DNA of 64,000 nucleotides from Vicugna vicugna (taxonomy: Eukaryota): contig MU058009.1 in NCBI GenBank assembly GCA_013265495.1, forward strand, positions 1,118,001 to 1,182,000, given 5' to 3'. The notes beneath the pieces are model-generated. The model was not told the DNA's origin and searched no databases. It saw only the letters and a list, made by a program, of their open reading frames with translations. A program made the position numbers and the translations under genes. This document shows, in pieces, positions 11,114 to 22,880 of this stretch (position 1 is the first letter of the stretch; each line of letters opens with the position of its first letter).

Positions 11114-12620
11114 CATGCCAAGAGTGAGCAAAAGATGGCTAGTGTGGCCATTCTAATAGCCGACAAAATGGAAAAGCTGATCCTCAAACTCATATGAAGT
11201 TGCCAGAGACTCCAAATTACCAAAACAATCTTTAAAAAATGAGCAAAGTTAAGGATTTTTATTTCTCAATTCCAAACCTTACTGCAAAGGGTCAGTAATT
11301 GAACCAGTGTGACACTGGCACAAGGCTAGACACATAGACCAGTGGTGTAGGTATAAAACTGAGAGTCCAGAATTAAACTCATACATCTATAAACAAGTTA
11401 TTTTCCACAAGGTTACTAACACCTTTCAATAGGGAAAGAATAGGCTCTTCAACAAATGGTTCCTGGACAGCTGGGTGGTTCCATGTGCTAAAGGATGAAC
11501 ACGCGGAAATGTATACACATGCATACGTGTACTTACACACACACACACACACACACACATCCCATACATCATATGTATTCATATATCACATAAAATTAAC
11601 TTCAAATAGATCAACTGCTTAAATCTAAGAACTAAAGTCATAAAACGTTAAGAAGGAAGGAGACGAGTAAATCTTCATCATCTTGGATTTGGCAATGGAT
11701 TTTTTAGATATGACATCAAAATACAATCGACAGAAAAGTAAATTGAATTTCATCATATTAAAACACTTTTTGTGCCTCAAATAACAATATCAAAAAGTGA
11801 AAAGGCCACTACCAGCTACGTTTGGGGGGAAACTACTTCCAACCGTATTTTTCGATAAGGGTTTAATATTCAGAACATATAAATATTTTCACTCAAAAAC
11901 AAGAAAGACAAACAATCCAATTTTAAAAGCAAGCAAAGGGCATGAATAGACATTTCTCCAAAGATAAAGAAATGGCCAATAAGCATATGGCAAGATCCTT
12001 AGCATCACTGGTCATTAAGGAAATGTAATTCAGAATTGTAATGGGATTCCACTTCGTCCCCATTATTGCAATGGCATTACAGGTTGAACTGTGTCCTCTC
12101 AAAATTTGTATATCGAAGCCCAAACCTGATGCACCTCAGAATGACCGTCTTTGGATATAGGAACTTTAAAGGGGAAATTAAATCAAACTGAGGCCCTGGG
12201 CCCTTATCCAATCTGACTGGCATCTTTACAAGAAGAGGAAACTTAGACACAGAGAAACAGCAGAGACACATGTGCACAGAGGAAAGACAAGGTGAGACCT
12301 CAGAAGAAACCAAACCTGCCAACACCTTGATTTTGGGGTTTCTAGCCTCCATAACTGCGAAAAGATACATTTCTGTTGGTTAAAGGCAGGCATTCCGTGT
12401 GTGGCACTTTGCTGTGGCAGCCTCGCAAACTAGCAGTTACCCAGACAAACATTGACGGGGGTGTGGAGAAACTGGAACCCTTGAGCATGGGCTCGTGGGC
12501 CGTAAAACGGTACAACCACTGTGGACAAATGCTTAGCAGGTCCTCAAAAAGCTACACATAGAATTACCATATGATCCAGCAATGCCACTCATAGGTGTTT
12601 CCCAACAGAAATGAAAACAG
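11114..12620 (+). mobile_element. L1 (L1MB/MC-like) ORF2 fragments, interrupted by a (CA)n tract and an MLT1 LTR
   Basis: ORF2 motifs 'aagctgatcctcaaactcatatg', 'ctcttcaacaaatggttcctggacagctgg', 'gaattaccatatgatccagcaatgccactc'. Confidence 0.85.
12075..12435 (+). mobile_element. MLT1B/C-like MaLR solo LTR nested in L1
   Basis: 'ggttgaactgtgtcctctcaaaatt', 'cctcagaatgaccgtctttggatatagg', 'cctgccaacaccttgatttt', 'ggcagcctcgcaaacta'. Confidence 0.85.
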
Positions 12621-12624
12621 GGCC

Positions 12625-14860
12625 TGTTCCATCAACTTGCCTCCACCCCTCAGTCCCTGGCAACCGCTGATCTGTTCGCCACTGATGTAATTTTTCAATT
12701 AGAGAACGTTACAGCAATTGAATCAACCATCATCTAACCTTGGACGTTGGTCTTTTCTTTCCCCTCCCCTAGTCAGTGTAAGCCCCTTACGATCGGTCCA
12801 GGTTGCTCCCTGTGCCAAAGTGTCTTCGTTTGTACTGCTAAGCAGCCTCCCGTTGTATGGCTGTGGCACGGCTCGTCCACTCACCAGGTGAAGGACTCCT
12901 GAGCTGATTCCAGTTTTGGGCTGTTACAGCTAAAGCTGCTACGAACATCCATGCACAAGTTTTTATGGGAGCATTATTTTTACTTCTTTAATATTACGAA
13001 GTTAAATACCGAAAGAGTATGATAGCTGGTCAAGCAATTGCCAAACTGTTTTCCAAATCGCCTGTACCATTTTTCATTCTTGCTAGCAATGCATAAAAGA
13101 TACAGTTGTGCTGTATCCTTACCAGCCCTTGATATTGCCAGCATTTTTTAATTTTAGTCATTCTAATAGTTGCGTGGTGTAGCTCACCATAGGTTTGATT
13201 CACATTTCCCTAGTGGTTAACGATGTTCATGAGTTTGCCATCCATATATGCTCCCCAGTTAAGTGTCTGTTCGTCATTTTTTGCCCAACCATTAATTGGA
13301 TTGTTTGTTCTCTTACTGTTAAGTTGAAGTGTTGTTTTTCTATTCTAGATAGAAGCCGCTTGTCCAATACGTGATTTAAAAATACGTTTGAGACTGTGGC
13401 TTGTCTTTTCATTTTCTTAACAACGTCTTTGCATATTAAGCATTTTAAATTTTGACGAAATTCCCCGTGTATCAGTTTGCTTTTTTATGGGTGGTGATTT
13501 TGATATCAAGTCTAAGAACTCTGCCTAACCCTGGATCACACAGATATGCCTCCATGTTTTCTCCTTACAGTTTTGTAACTTTAGAAGGGGTTAGATCTGT
13601 GATTAATCCATTTGGGGTTAATTTATGTATAATATAAGAAATTCAGGTTGAGGTTGAAGTTCTCCACCCCTCGCCGTGGCATACGGAGTTGCATTGTTTC
13701 AACACCACTTGTTAGAGACACTACATTTTCTCCATTGAATTGTTTTTCTTCCTTTGCAAAAATCATTCGCTGCTATTTGAGTGGTTGCATTGATCTATGT
13801 GAATATTCTTCTGTCAATACCACATTATCTTGATTACTGTGGTTTGCTAATAATTTCGTTGAGAATTTTTATATATATGTTCTTGAGGGTCATAGTCTTT
13901 AGCTTTATTTTTTCCCACCTTGCGTTGTTTTGTTTGGTTTTGATGTCAGGGTTATCCCGACTTCACAGGATAAGAGGGTACGTGTTTCTTCCTCTTCTAT
14001 TTTTCTGGAAGAGATTGTATAAAATTGGTGTTATTTTTTCCTTACCTTTTTAAAAGAATTTGTCCCTGAAACCACAGGGATCTATAATTTTCTCCCCAGG
14101 AAGAATTGTGCCTACAACTTAAATTTATTTAACAGACTTATTCAATTTGTTTAATAGATTCAGGAGGTCAACTTGTTCTCATATGAATTTTGGCAGTTTC
14201 TGTCTCAAAAAATTGATCTGCTTGATCTAAGCTGTCAACTCTTGGAGTGTAATATTGTTTGCAGCATTTTGTTATTATTCTTTTTCTGTACGTGGGGCTC
14301 CTCGTTTCCCGCTGTGGTAACGGAGGTAATTTGGGTCTTCTTTGTTTTCTTCTTGGTCTGTCTAAAGGTTTACTCATTTTTTTTTTTTATTATTTTTACA
14401 GGGAAAAAGCTTTGGTGTCTGCTGTTCCCGTTTTTTTTTTTCATATTTTAATTTCATTGATTTCTTTGTATATTTTTTATTATTTCCTTTTACTTCTGTA
14501 TGATCTGACTTTGCTCTTCAGTTTTAGTTTTGTAAAGTAGAAGCTTTGATTATTCATTTGATAAATACAATGTATAATTTTCTCTATATAATATACTTCA
14601 TCTATTTATAATATATTTTTCTAATGGAAGTATTTAGTACTGTACATTTTTCTGAGCATTACTTGAGCAGGAGCTCACAAATTTTTATGTTGTATTTATT
14701 TTCAATCAGTTCAGAATATATTCCATTTTTTTCAAGACTCTTACATTCATCTCGGCCCACTGAATACTTAAGTGTTTTTTTTTAAGATCCTTTAAGCTTT
14801 AACCTGTCAATATCATTATGCTTAGAGTATAATTTTTATAGACATCATACAGTTGGGTCG
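12625..14860 (-). mobile_element. L1 (L1MC/MB-like) 3'UTR and ORF2 fragments, antisense
   Basis: 'ccctggcaaccgctgatctgttc', 'ccaaactgttttccaaa', 'ttttagtcattctaatag'; T-rich strand. Confidence 0.8.
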
Positions 14861-14929
14861 TCTCTGGATCTAGAATGTATTCAAGATTGACAGTTCTGAA
14901 ATAAAATGACTGCTGCTCAAAAATCGGCA

Positions 14930-16400
14930 GTCATTTGAATCATTACTCCTTTATATATAATGTACTATTTACCTCTGGGTTTTTACAATCTTTTTTTCTT
15001 TAACTTTCAGCAATATAATGTGTATGGATTCTTTTCTCTTTTTTGCTTCATTTCTTATCCCAATTAAGGTTTTGCTGAGCTTCTGGAACTTGGAAACTCA
15101 TGTCTTTAACCAAATTTAGAAAATTTTCAGCCATCGTATCTTCAGTTTGTTTGCTTATCTCTTTCCCTTCTCTTTCTGGATTTCCAATAAATAACATGGA
15201 TGCCAGGCCTTTTCCTATTGTCTCATAAATCTCTGAGTCTCTGTTAATTTTATTTCAATATCCTTTGTCTCTCTTATTTAGATAGAATTATTCCTACTGC
15301 TCTATCTTTACGTTTACTGACTTAAAAGTCACAGGTCTCTCTGTCATTTTCATTCTCCTATTGAACCTACCAGTATATATTTTTTTAATTTAAGATATTG
15401 TACTTTTTTAGTTCTAAAATTTCTATTTTGTTTCCTTCATGAAATGAAATATTTCTGGGCTGAAAACTCCTGCCTTTTTATTCATGTAAAGATTGTTTTC
15501 TTTCACGTCATGGAGCACAGTTGTGAAAACTGCTTTCAAGACTTTGTCTAAGAGTTCCAACAACTGATTGTATTTTTTCTTGAGAATTGGTTACATTTTC
15601 CTGGTTCTTTGCATGTCAAGAGGGATTTTGTTCTATTCTTGACACTGTGAGCATTATGTCATATAAACTCTGGGCCCTGTTAGAACCTGCTAGAGCAGGG
15701 GTTGGTGGACATTTTTGTACAGGGCCAGTTAGTAAATATTTTAGGTGGTGGCCCATGCAGTCTCTGAGTGACGTCTCACTCTGCTGATGATTCATATGTG
15801 AATGGGCTTGGCTGTGGTCTGCAGAAATTTTGTTTATGAAAAAGACGGTGGCCAGATTTGACTTGCAGGCTGCAGATTACAGTAAAGCATTTTTTTTGTT
15901 GTTGTTGTTACAGTTGTTTGTTGTGGAAGGAAATCAGCCCCTGTAAGGTTCAGCTACAAGATCTACTTCACCTTCCGTGGGCTGTGGTTCGAATCTTAGT
16001 TCAGTAGTTAAAGCTTTCGCAGTACCGACTGATGGCTGTGTGGATTCGAACACAGAGTCCGGGAATAGCGTTCTCTGCTCTAGAATTCTCTTGTCCTCTC
16101 TAGTCCCAGGAATTCATTTTTGCCTGTCTCCTCTGGCCAGAAAGACAGGGTTGCTCTTGAAGTTTTAGTCAACCACACTGCCATCACTGCCTTCATGAAT
16201 CCCATCCCTGGGGTAAAAATGCAAGAGAAAAACAAACAAACAAGTTGCTCACACCTTTGCTTTGTTAGGTTTTGACTTCACAATTCACGTTCTTTTCCCC
16301 CCACTTTTTAGAGTCTCCAGGTTCTTGTTTTTAGTCTTTTCTCCAGAGTTTTGACATCAACAGTGGGAAGGGTGGGCCCTAGTGAACTCAAACCACTGAA
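14930..16400 (-). mobile_element. Old L1 ORF1/5' region, antisense
   Basis: 'aaatttagaaaattttcagccat', 'tctctgagtctctgttaatt', 'tttttagttctaaaatttctatttt'. Confidence 0.6.
15696..15880. mobile_element. MER58A-like MITE nested in L1
   Basis: 'caggggttggtggacatttttgtacagggccagttagtaaatattttagg'; similar to the copy at 7077. Confidence 0.75.
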
Positions 16401-16704
16401 AAGGAACCAGACTTAGTTAATTCACTTTTCATGTGTGGATCCATTTTTCCTACTAGGTCATAAGCATCTTGAGAACCCGGGCTTTCTTATCTGCTTCATT
16501 GCATTCTTCTCACCTCTGAGGAGTAAGTCTGAACTACCAGACTCTCACAAGGACTGGCTAATTTAAGATTAGACTCCGAAGGGACTCCTGGATGTTAGGA
16601 GTAAACATAAATGTCAGTGAATCCAATCTACCAGTATTACAGTTGAGCTCCAGAAAGATAAGGTGACTGTACATGCCAAGCAAAGTTATCTGCACTTTTA
16701 TATA

Positions 16705-16830
16705 CATTTTTTCATCCCTCACTATGTCTATGAGATAAATTTGATGATTATTCCCACTTAAAAGCTGAGGAAACTGAGACACAGAGATGTTAAGTCATTT
16801 GTGCAAAGTCATCTAGTTTGTTAATAATAA
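16705..16830 (-). mobile_element. MIR SINE
   Basis: Core 'gctgaggaaactgagacacagagatgttaagtcatttgtgcaaagtca'. Confidence 0.8.
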
Positions 16831-16862
16831 AACCAAGACGTATTAAACTACTGTTTTCACTG

Positions 16863-17040
16863 CAGTGGTTCCCAATATGGGGTATACATTAGGATCACAC
16901 TGGGAACTTTAAAAAACCCTAATACCTAAGCCACAATTAAATTTGAATCTTTGGTGATGTAATCTATACGTTTATGTATGGATTTTTTTTTAACATCTCC
17001 CAAGGTGATTTCAATGTGCAGCCAAGGTTGAGAAATACTC
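16863..17040. mobile_element. MER5A-like MITE
   Basis: 'cagtggttcccaa...ggtgatttcaatgtgcagccaaggttgagaa'. Confidence 0.75.
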
Positions 17041-17081
17041 CCTTTTGACTGTCTCCCATTATACATGATACATATTGAAAA

Positions 17082-17789
17082 GATGTGTGACTATCCAGTT
17101 TTCCCAAAGCCATTTATTGAAGGGACTATCCTTTCCCTGTTGAGTACTCTTGGCACCCTTGTCAAATGTTAGTTGACCATGTTTGTGGGTGTTCATTTCT
17201 GTGCTCTCAATTCTGGTCCATTGATCTATGTTTATGCCAGTAGCATACTGTTTTGATTACTATAGCTTGGTAATACAGTTGAAATCAGGAAGTGTGATGC
17301 TATCAGTTTTGTTCTTCTTTCTTCGGATTGATTTATTTGCTTTATTTTATTGCTATGCAAAGTCTTTTGTGGGTCCACACAAATTTTAGGATTTAAAAAA
17401 TCTATGAAAATGCCATTTTAATTTTGATAGGGATTATATTGACTCTATCAGTGGATTTGGGTGGTGTAGACATTTTAATAATATTAATTCTTCCAATCCT
17501 TGAGTATAGGATATCTTTCCATTTGTCTGTGTCTTCTATTTCTTTCATTGATGTCTTGTAGTTTTTAGTGTAGAAATATTTTACATCTTTAGTTAAATAT
17601 ATCCCTAATTATTGTATTGTGTTTGATGCTATTGTGAATGAGAGTTTTTCTTATTTTATTTTCAGATATTTTATTGTTAATGCATAGAACACATCTGATT
17701 TCTGTATGTTGATTTTCTATCCTGCAGCTTTACTGAGTTTGTTGATTATTTCCAACAGTTTTTGATTGAGCTTTAGATTCTCTCTATAC
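17082..17789 (-). mobile_element. Inverted 5' segment of an L1 (ORF2)
   Basis: Antisense ORF2: 'ccagttttcccaaagccatttattgaagggactatcc', 'gaaatcaggaagtgtgatgc', 'attcttccaatccttgag'. Confidence 0.9.
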
Positions 17790-17797
17790 CACCCATT

Positions 17798-18780
17798 AAA
17801 GCAACAGAAAATAAAATCGGACCCCCATCTTATACCACTTACAAAAATGGATTCAAAATGGTTTAGAATTAAAAATAAAACCTGAAGTTATAGAACTCCT
17901 AGAAGAAAACATAGGGAAAAGATCCTTGACATTGGTCTTAGCAATGATTTTTGATATAATAGCAAAAGCACAAGCAACAAAAAGTCAACAGGTGAGACTG
18001 CATCAAACTAAAAATATTCTGTTCAGCAAAATAAAGAATCAACAAAATGAAAAGGTAACCTATAGATTGGGAGAAAATTTTGCAAATCATCTATATGATA
18101 AGGGATTAATCTCCAAAATATATAGTAAACTCGTATGACTCAGTAACAAAAAAGCACTTATGAAATGGACAGAAGAACTAAATAGACATTTTTCCAAAGA
18201 GGACATGAAGATTGCCAACAGGTACATGAAAATATGTTAAACATCACTAATTATCAGGGAAATGCAGATCAAAACCACACAGAGAAGTCACCTCACACCT
18301 GTAAGAATCACTATCAGCAAAATACAAGGATGTAGAGAAAAGAAAACCCTTGTGCATTATTGGCAGGAATATAAATTGGCCCTGCCACTATGGAAAACAG
18401 TTATTTTTTTAAATTTAAGATAAAATTTTGAATTAAAATTTAAAATAAAACTACTATATTATCCAGCAACCCCACTTTTGGGTATATATCCAAAGGAAAT
18501 GAAAGCAGGATCTCAGAAAGCTATCTGCACTCCTGTGTTTATTGCTGCATCCTTCACAATCACCAAGATGTGTGAACAACCTTAGTGTCTGTCAGTGAAT
18601 GAATGGATACAGAAGATCACACACACACACACACACACACAGGAATATTCAACCATGAAAAAGAAGAAACTTCTGCCATTTGAAACAACATGGATGGAAC
18701 TTGTGGGCATTATGCTAAGTGAGGTAAGTCAGAGAAAGACAAATACTGTACAATCTCACTTATATGCTGAACCTAAAAAT
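17798..18780 (+). mobile_element. Forward 3' segment of the same L1 (ORF2 end and start of 3'UTR)
   Basis: 'ggacccccatcttataccac', 'ctcctagaagaaaacataggg', 'atccagcaaccccacttttgggtatatatcc', 'aacaacatggatggaac'; includes (CA)n at 18618-18640. Confidence 0.9.
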
Positions 18781-20689
18781 TCCACATGTGCAGCAGCTAC
18801 GATACTGCCTTCGTGTTGTTTTGCTTCTCTTTGGCTGGGGCCTGGGCTCTCTAATCCTTGTGTTCACACTGAATTGATTCTACAGCAAGTGCAGGGTCTG
18901 GCTTCATCAGCAAATAGCAAAGGGCACCCTTGATGTGTGTTTGTAGCTTCAAACCAGTTATTCCGAGATCTGGCTGTTTGTTCTAAGCATTTGCTCAGAT
19001 TCACTTGGTCAGTTAAGATCCACAATCAAAGGACTACAGTAATGGGCCATAAGCAACACAGAGGGGGAAAAACTGGGGCAGAAGGTCTCAATAAGGTATG
19101 GAGTGACCATCCCCAGTGATCCATAAAAGCTCTGCTCCTCCCTGTTAGGAGGACGGAGAACAAAAGACCACTAGATGATATTAAGAGACAGAATATTGAT
19201 AATAGGAAAAATAAACATTTCTTTTTGTACTCCTCTCCATCCTAGAAATATTGGACTAGGGTTGGCAAGTGAGCCCAATGGTATGGGAAGTTCCCTAAAG
19301 GATCCCTGGGCATCCTCCCAACAGAGGACATCATGAATGGATCTAGACATAACTGTCATAGAGCCAGCCATTCTGGAAGGTGAATTGGTTACTTGTAACT
19401 TCTCTCTATTTCACAAACTTTGCTCTGACAGTTGATGTGAGGTGGACTTCAGTGCTGTGATCTGAGGATGGCAGCTGGAAAAAATCGTATCTTCTAACTC
19501 TTCCTCTTCTTCTTTCTTTTTTTCTTCTCTTTCTCCCTCAGTTTAGCAAGTGTGAAAGTCCGATTCTCTGAAACTTTAAGGAAAAAGTTGCCATCCCTTC
19601 AGAACTTTCTCCCCATCTTTTCGACAAGCTTGAAGAGACAAAGGGGATGGCAGGTGGCTTTCCCAGCATGTTAGTGCCGAGATGGTTCCCCTGTGGGGCA
19701 TGTCCAAACACCCCACGTCTCCCTAATGTCACTGCTCGAGGTTTTAAAATTCTAGGGGGAGGGGTATCCATCTGTTTAAGAGCATCTTGCTTTTGTCCCT
19801 TACCCTGGCCCTCCACCTCTCACTTGGGATGTACACATAGAACAAACTGCTTCAACAATCTTTCTGAAAGTCTCTGTAAAGGGGAAACTCCCTACCTGTT
19901 ACTAATGCTTTTCCCAAAGCTGAGAATGACCCCCAGCACCTCCCCTTTTCATTTTAATAAAGCCAGGTAATCTGCAATGCCCTGGTCGCTTCCCTCTTAC
20001 TTCCCACGTCTGGTAAGGCATCCACCCCCTTCTTAGCCATCTTCCAGCGCTTTGTGCCCCTCTTCTGAAAACTCCAGAGAAGGAAAAGCTTTCACTTCAG
20101 TCATATGCTTATAAGTTATGTTTTTATTTCTGCCAGCAGTAGCCTTATCTAATGGAATGAGAGGTGTTAAGGACGTGAATTTGTCCAGATAAAAACCGCA
20201 AGGCAGGAGATACTCCCTGGGGCCACTGAAGTCCCAGTCTTGACAGCTACTTTGTGTCAGACTGTTCCAACCTTGTGCCCTGCTCCCCCCACCCCCAGAG
20301 CCGTTACCTGAGTAGCAACCTGGCAGACGTCTCTGTATGTATTGAATAAGATGAGTTTCTCGGTAAATACATGTTCTGATGATAGGGTAGTGAAATGTTT
20401 TGTTTGCTTGTTTTGCTTTTTTTTTTTTTTTGCTTTATACTTTTTTTCAAATGTCAGTTATTACTGGCACGCCATACCACCTGTCTGGGCACTAACGTCT
20501 TAAAGCGCACCTGTGGTGGTCATGCCGCAATCGTGTCCTTGGGGGGGTGAGGCCTGGGGAAAATTCAATGTTCAAAAACAAACAAATAAACAAAAAAAAT
20601 CTTCATGAGAGTTATGAGGCTTTCTAAACTCTGTATATTATGAATCAGTGTTTTCTAATCCTCTTTTAAAGATTATAATAAAGCAACAT

Positions 20690-20761
20690 ACCTACCTACC
20701 TCCCTCCCTTCTTCCTCCTTTCCTTCCTTCCTTCCTTCCTTCCTTCCTTCCTTCCTTCCTT
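20690..20761. repeat. (TTCC)n microsatellite
   Basis: About 10 perfect TTCC units seen directly. Confidence 0.95.
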
Positions 20762-21569
20762 AAACCATGTGATAATTACAATATGTAAGGTGCTTTGATA
20801 GAAAACACATGTCTGTCCTAGATTCCATGATGCTTCGTATGTCTTGGCTGTTTTGAGTTACCCTTCTGCAGAGAAATAAAAATGTTTTGCTTTATGACAC
20901 AAAAATCTCTCTATGTGTGTATGTGTGTACTTTTGTATGAATGGACATGTATAAACGTATAAATATGTGAGTGTATGTACTTACATGAACAGTGAATGTC
21001 ATGTGTAAATGTGTGCATCTTGGTATTCATGTCTATGCATATATAATGTATATATAATTTTCCTATTAAAATAATTCAGTCTAAATATAGAAATGAGAAC
21101 AATAGACAAGCCAAGGAAAAATAAAAGTCACCCACGGCTCCACTGTACAGAGCTAAAATATTGATATATTTCCTTCTAGCATTCAGTTGTTCTTTTTCCT
21201 TAATAGTATAAGGTAAGCGGAATATTTAATCTCAGGTCTTTTTCAGTCAAGTGTCAAGCCATAGACTGAGATACAAGAATGGGATTGGAATCTCCTGCAG
21301 CTGCAGCTCAGCCCTGCACCTCCCCGGACACAAGTCTCTATGTGGGTGACTCCCCTTGAGAAGAGCTGGCCTCCCCCTTCTTATGATGGGCTCTATAAAT
21401 ATTAAATGAGAGGGACTCAACATTTTTATCTTTTAAATATTTTTTCAACATAGAAAATGTGCAAAGGTCCATCCGCAGAAACTCAGGGGAAGCATTTCAG
21501 AGCACGCCGTGCCCAACAGATTAAAACCGAAGCTTTGAAAATCGCCCGCTTCTGCCGGTTGTGACTAAC

Positions 21570-21625
21570 CTCTCTCACGCAGACGCACGGCTGAAGCCTG
21601 CGCGGGAGGTGCTGTATATAGGCGG
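21570..21625 (-). promoter_or_regulatory. Candidate TATA/Inr core promoter with short first exon
   Basis: Minus strand: CCTATATACAG (TATA at 21620), TTCAGCC 28 nt downstream (A at 21592), then GAG|GTTAGT; locally CpG-enriched, no recognised repeat. Confidence 0.3.
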
Positions 21626-22099
21626 TGCTTTTGAGATTTGGCAGGATATGGGAAATGCATTAATAATTCCCTTTGAATAAGGAGTTCTCTGTCTCCTTAC
21701 GAGCTGGCAATCCTTTCTCTTTCTTTCACCCCTTTTTGGCTCCATAGCATCATTTTTTCTTTTTCTTTTTTTTTTTTTTTTTCTGGATTGTATCAGTTCA
21801 CAACAGAGAGGAAATACGGAGCAGACTAGTCTTCAGTGAACTGCCAGGGCTGTGTCTTTGACGGCTGTGTCTCATCGTGCAAGTGGGATTAGCTGTGCTG
21901 CCTCCCTCTGACTCTCCGTGAGCCCCTTTCTCCTCTCCGCCTTTTGTTGGCAGCAGGGTAACTCTGAATATCATGGACCAGCTTGCTGGGCTCCTCGGTG
22001 CTCAGTTTCTTCTCAAAGCCTTCCTTCTTTGGCTGGCTGCTGTGCCTACCCACATGCTCCCCAAGTTTGCATTCCCTGACACCGCTGGCTGAGTACTCC

Positions 22100-22880
22100 T
22101 AGGCTGGCTCTGCGGGCACGCATCCAGCACATCACACGGCGCCCTGCTCAAAAGGCTTCATGTTTGGGTTTAATGCTCTGCATTCACCATCTTGAAATTC
22201 TTAATAATTTTCTCTTTAAATTTGTTCTTCGAACTGAAGTGGCTTGGACAGGGGAAGATGCATCAGGACATGGAGCCTTGGCTCCTGTGTTCCTGGCTCC
22301 AGGTGCCTCTGCCTCTCCCTGCTTTAGGTTCTCAGCAGTTTGTCTCCCCTGCCTTGGCCCTCCTGCCAGGATGCCTGCCACTCTCTGCTCTTCAAGTTGA
22401 GAGTGGGACAGGCCCACGGTCTCCTCGCCTTCTGCCTTCAGTGGGTGGATGTGGGTGTGGGCAGGGCCAGGTTTGGACATGTACCCTGTAGCGCCTTGGG
22501 GTGGAGCAGCGTGGTACCCATCCCTGCCTTGGGCTAACAATTCCACGGGGTGTTTGTGACTCATGGAGGGGAATGGGAGTGTCTTTCGCCTGCCCTGAGC
22601 CCAGTGCACGGTGACAGTCTCTTGGGAGTCCCCTTCTGCCGTGGGTTTGGGGCAGCAGCCTTGGGGAGAGAAGGCTGACTTCCCTCCATGCTTCTCTGTC
22701 CCCACAAACCTCATAGTCAGCCCCAGCTGCCTGACATCCATTCCCCTTTTCTTCCTTAAAGAAACCGTGCTTTCCAAAGTCCGTGCAGCCCTGAGCCTCA
22801 GGAGGCTGTAACGCAGACTGCGGGTGAGAGAGAATGAGTCTGACTTACCCAAATATAACCCCAGTCCTCTTACCATTATA
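22100..22880 (+). mobile_element. MER45-family (hAT-Tip100) element
   Basis: 'ggtttaatgctctgcattcaccatcttgaaattcttaataatttt' matches the recalled MER45 5' region, followed by a GC-rich interior. 3' boundary uncertain. Confidence 0.7.

Noticed and set aside
22184..22876. Longest ORF (230 aa, minus strand) as a gene
   Set aside because: Lies within a GC-rich MER45-like element, has no recognisable domain and starts at a non-ATG codon.
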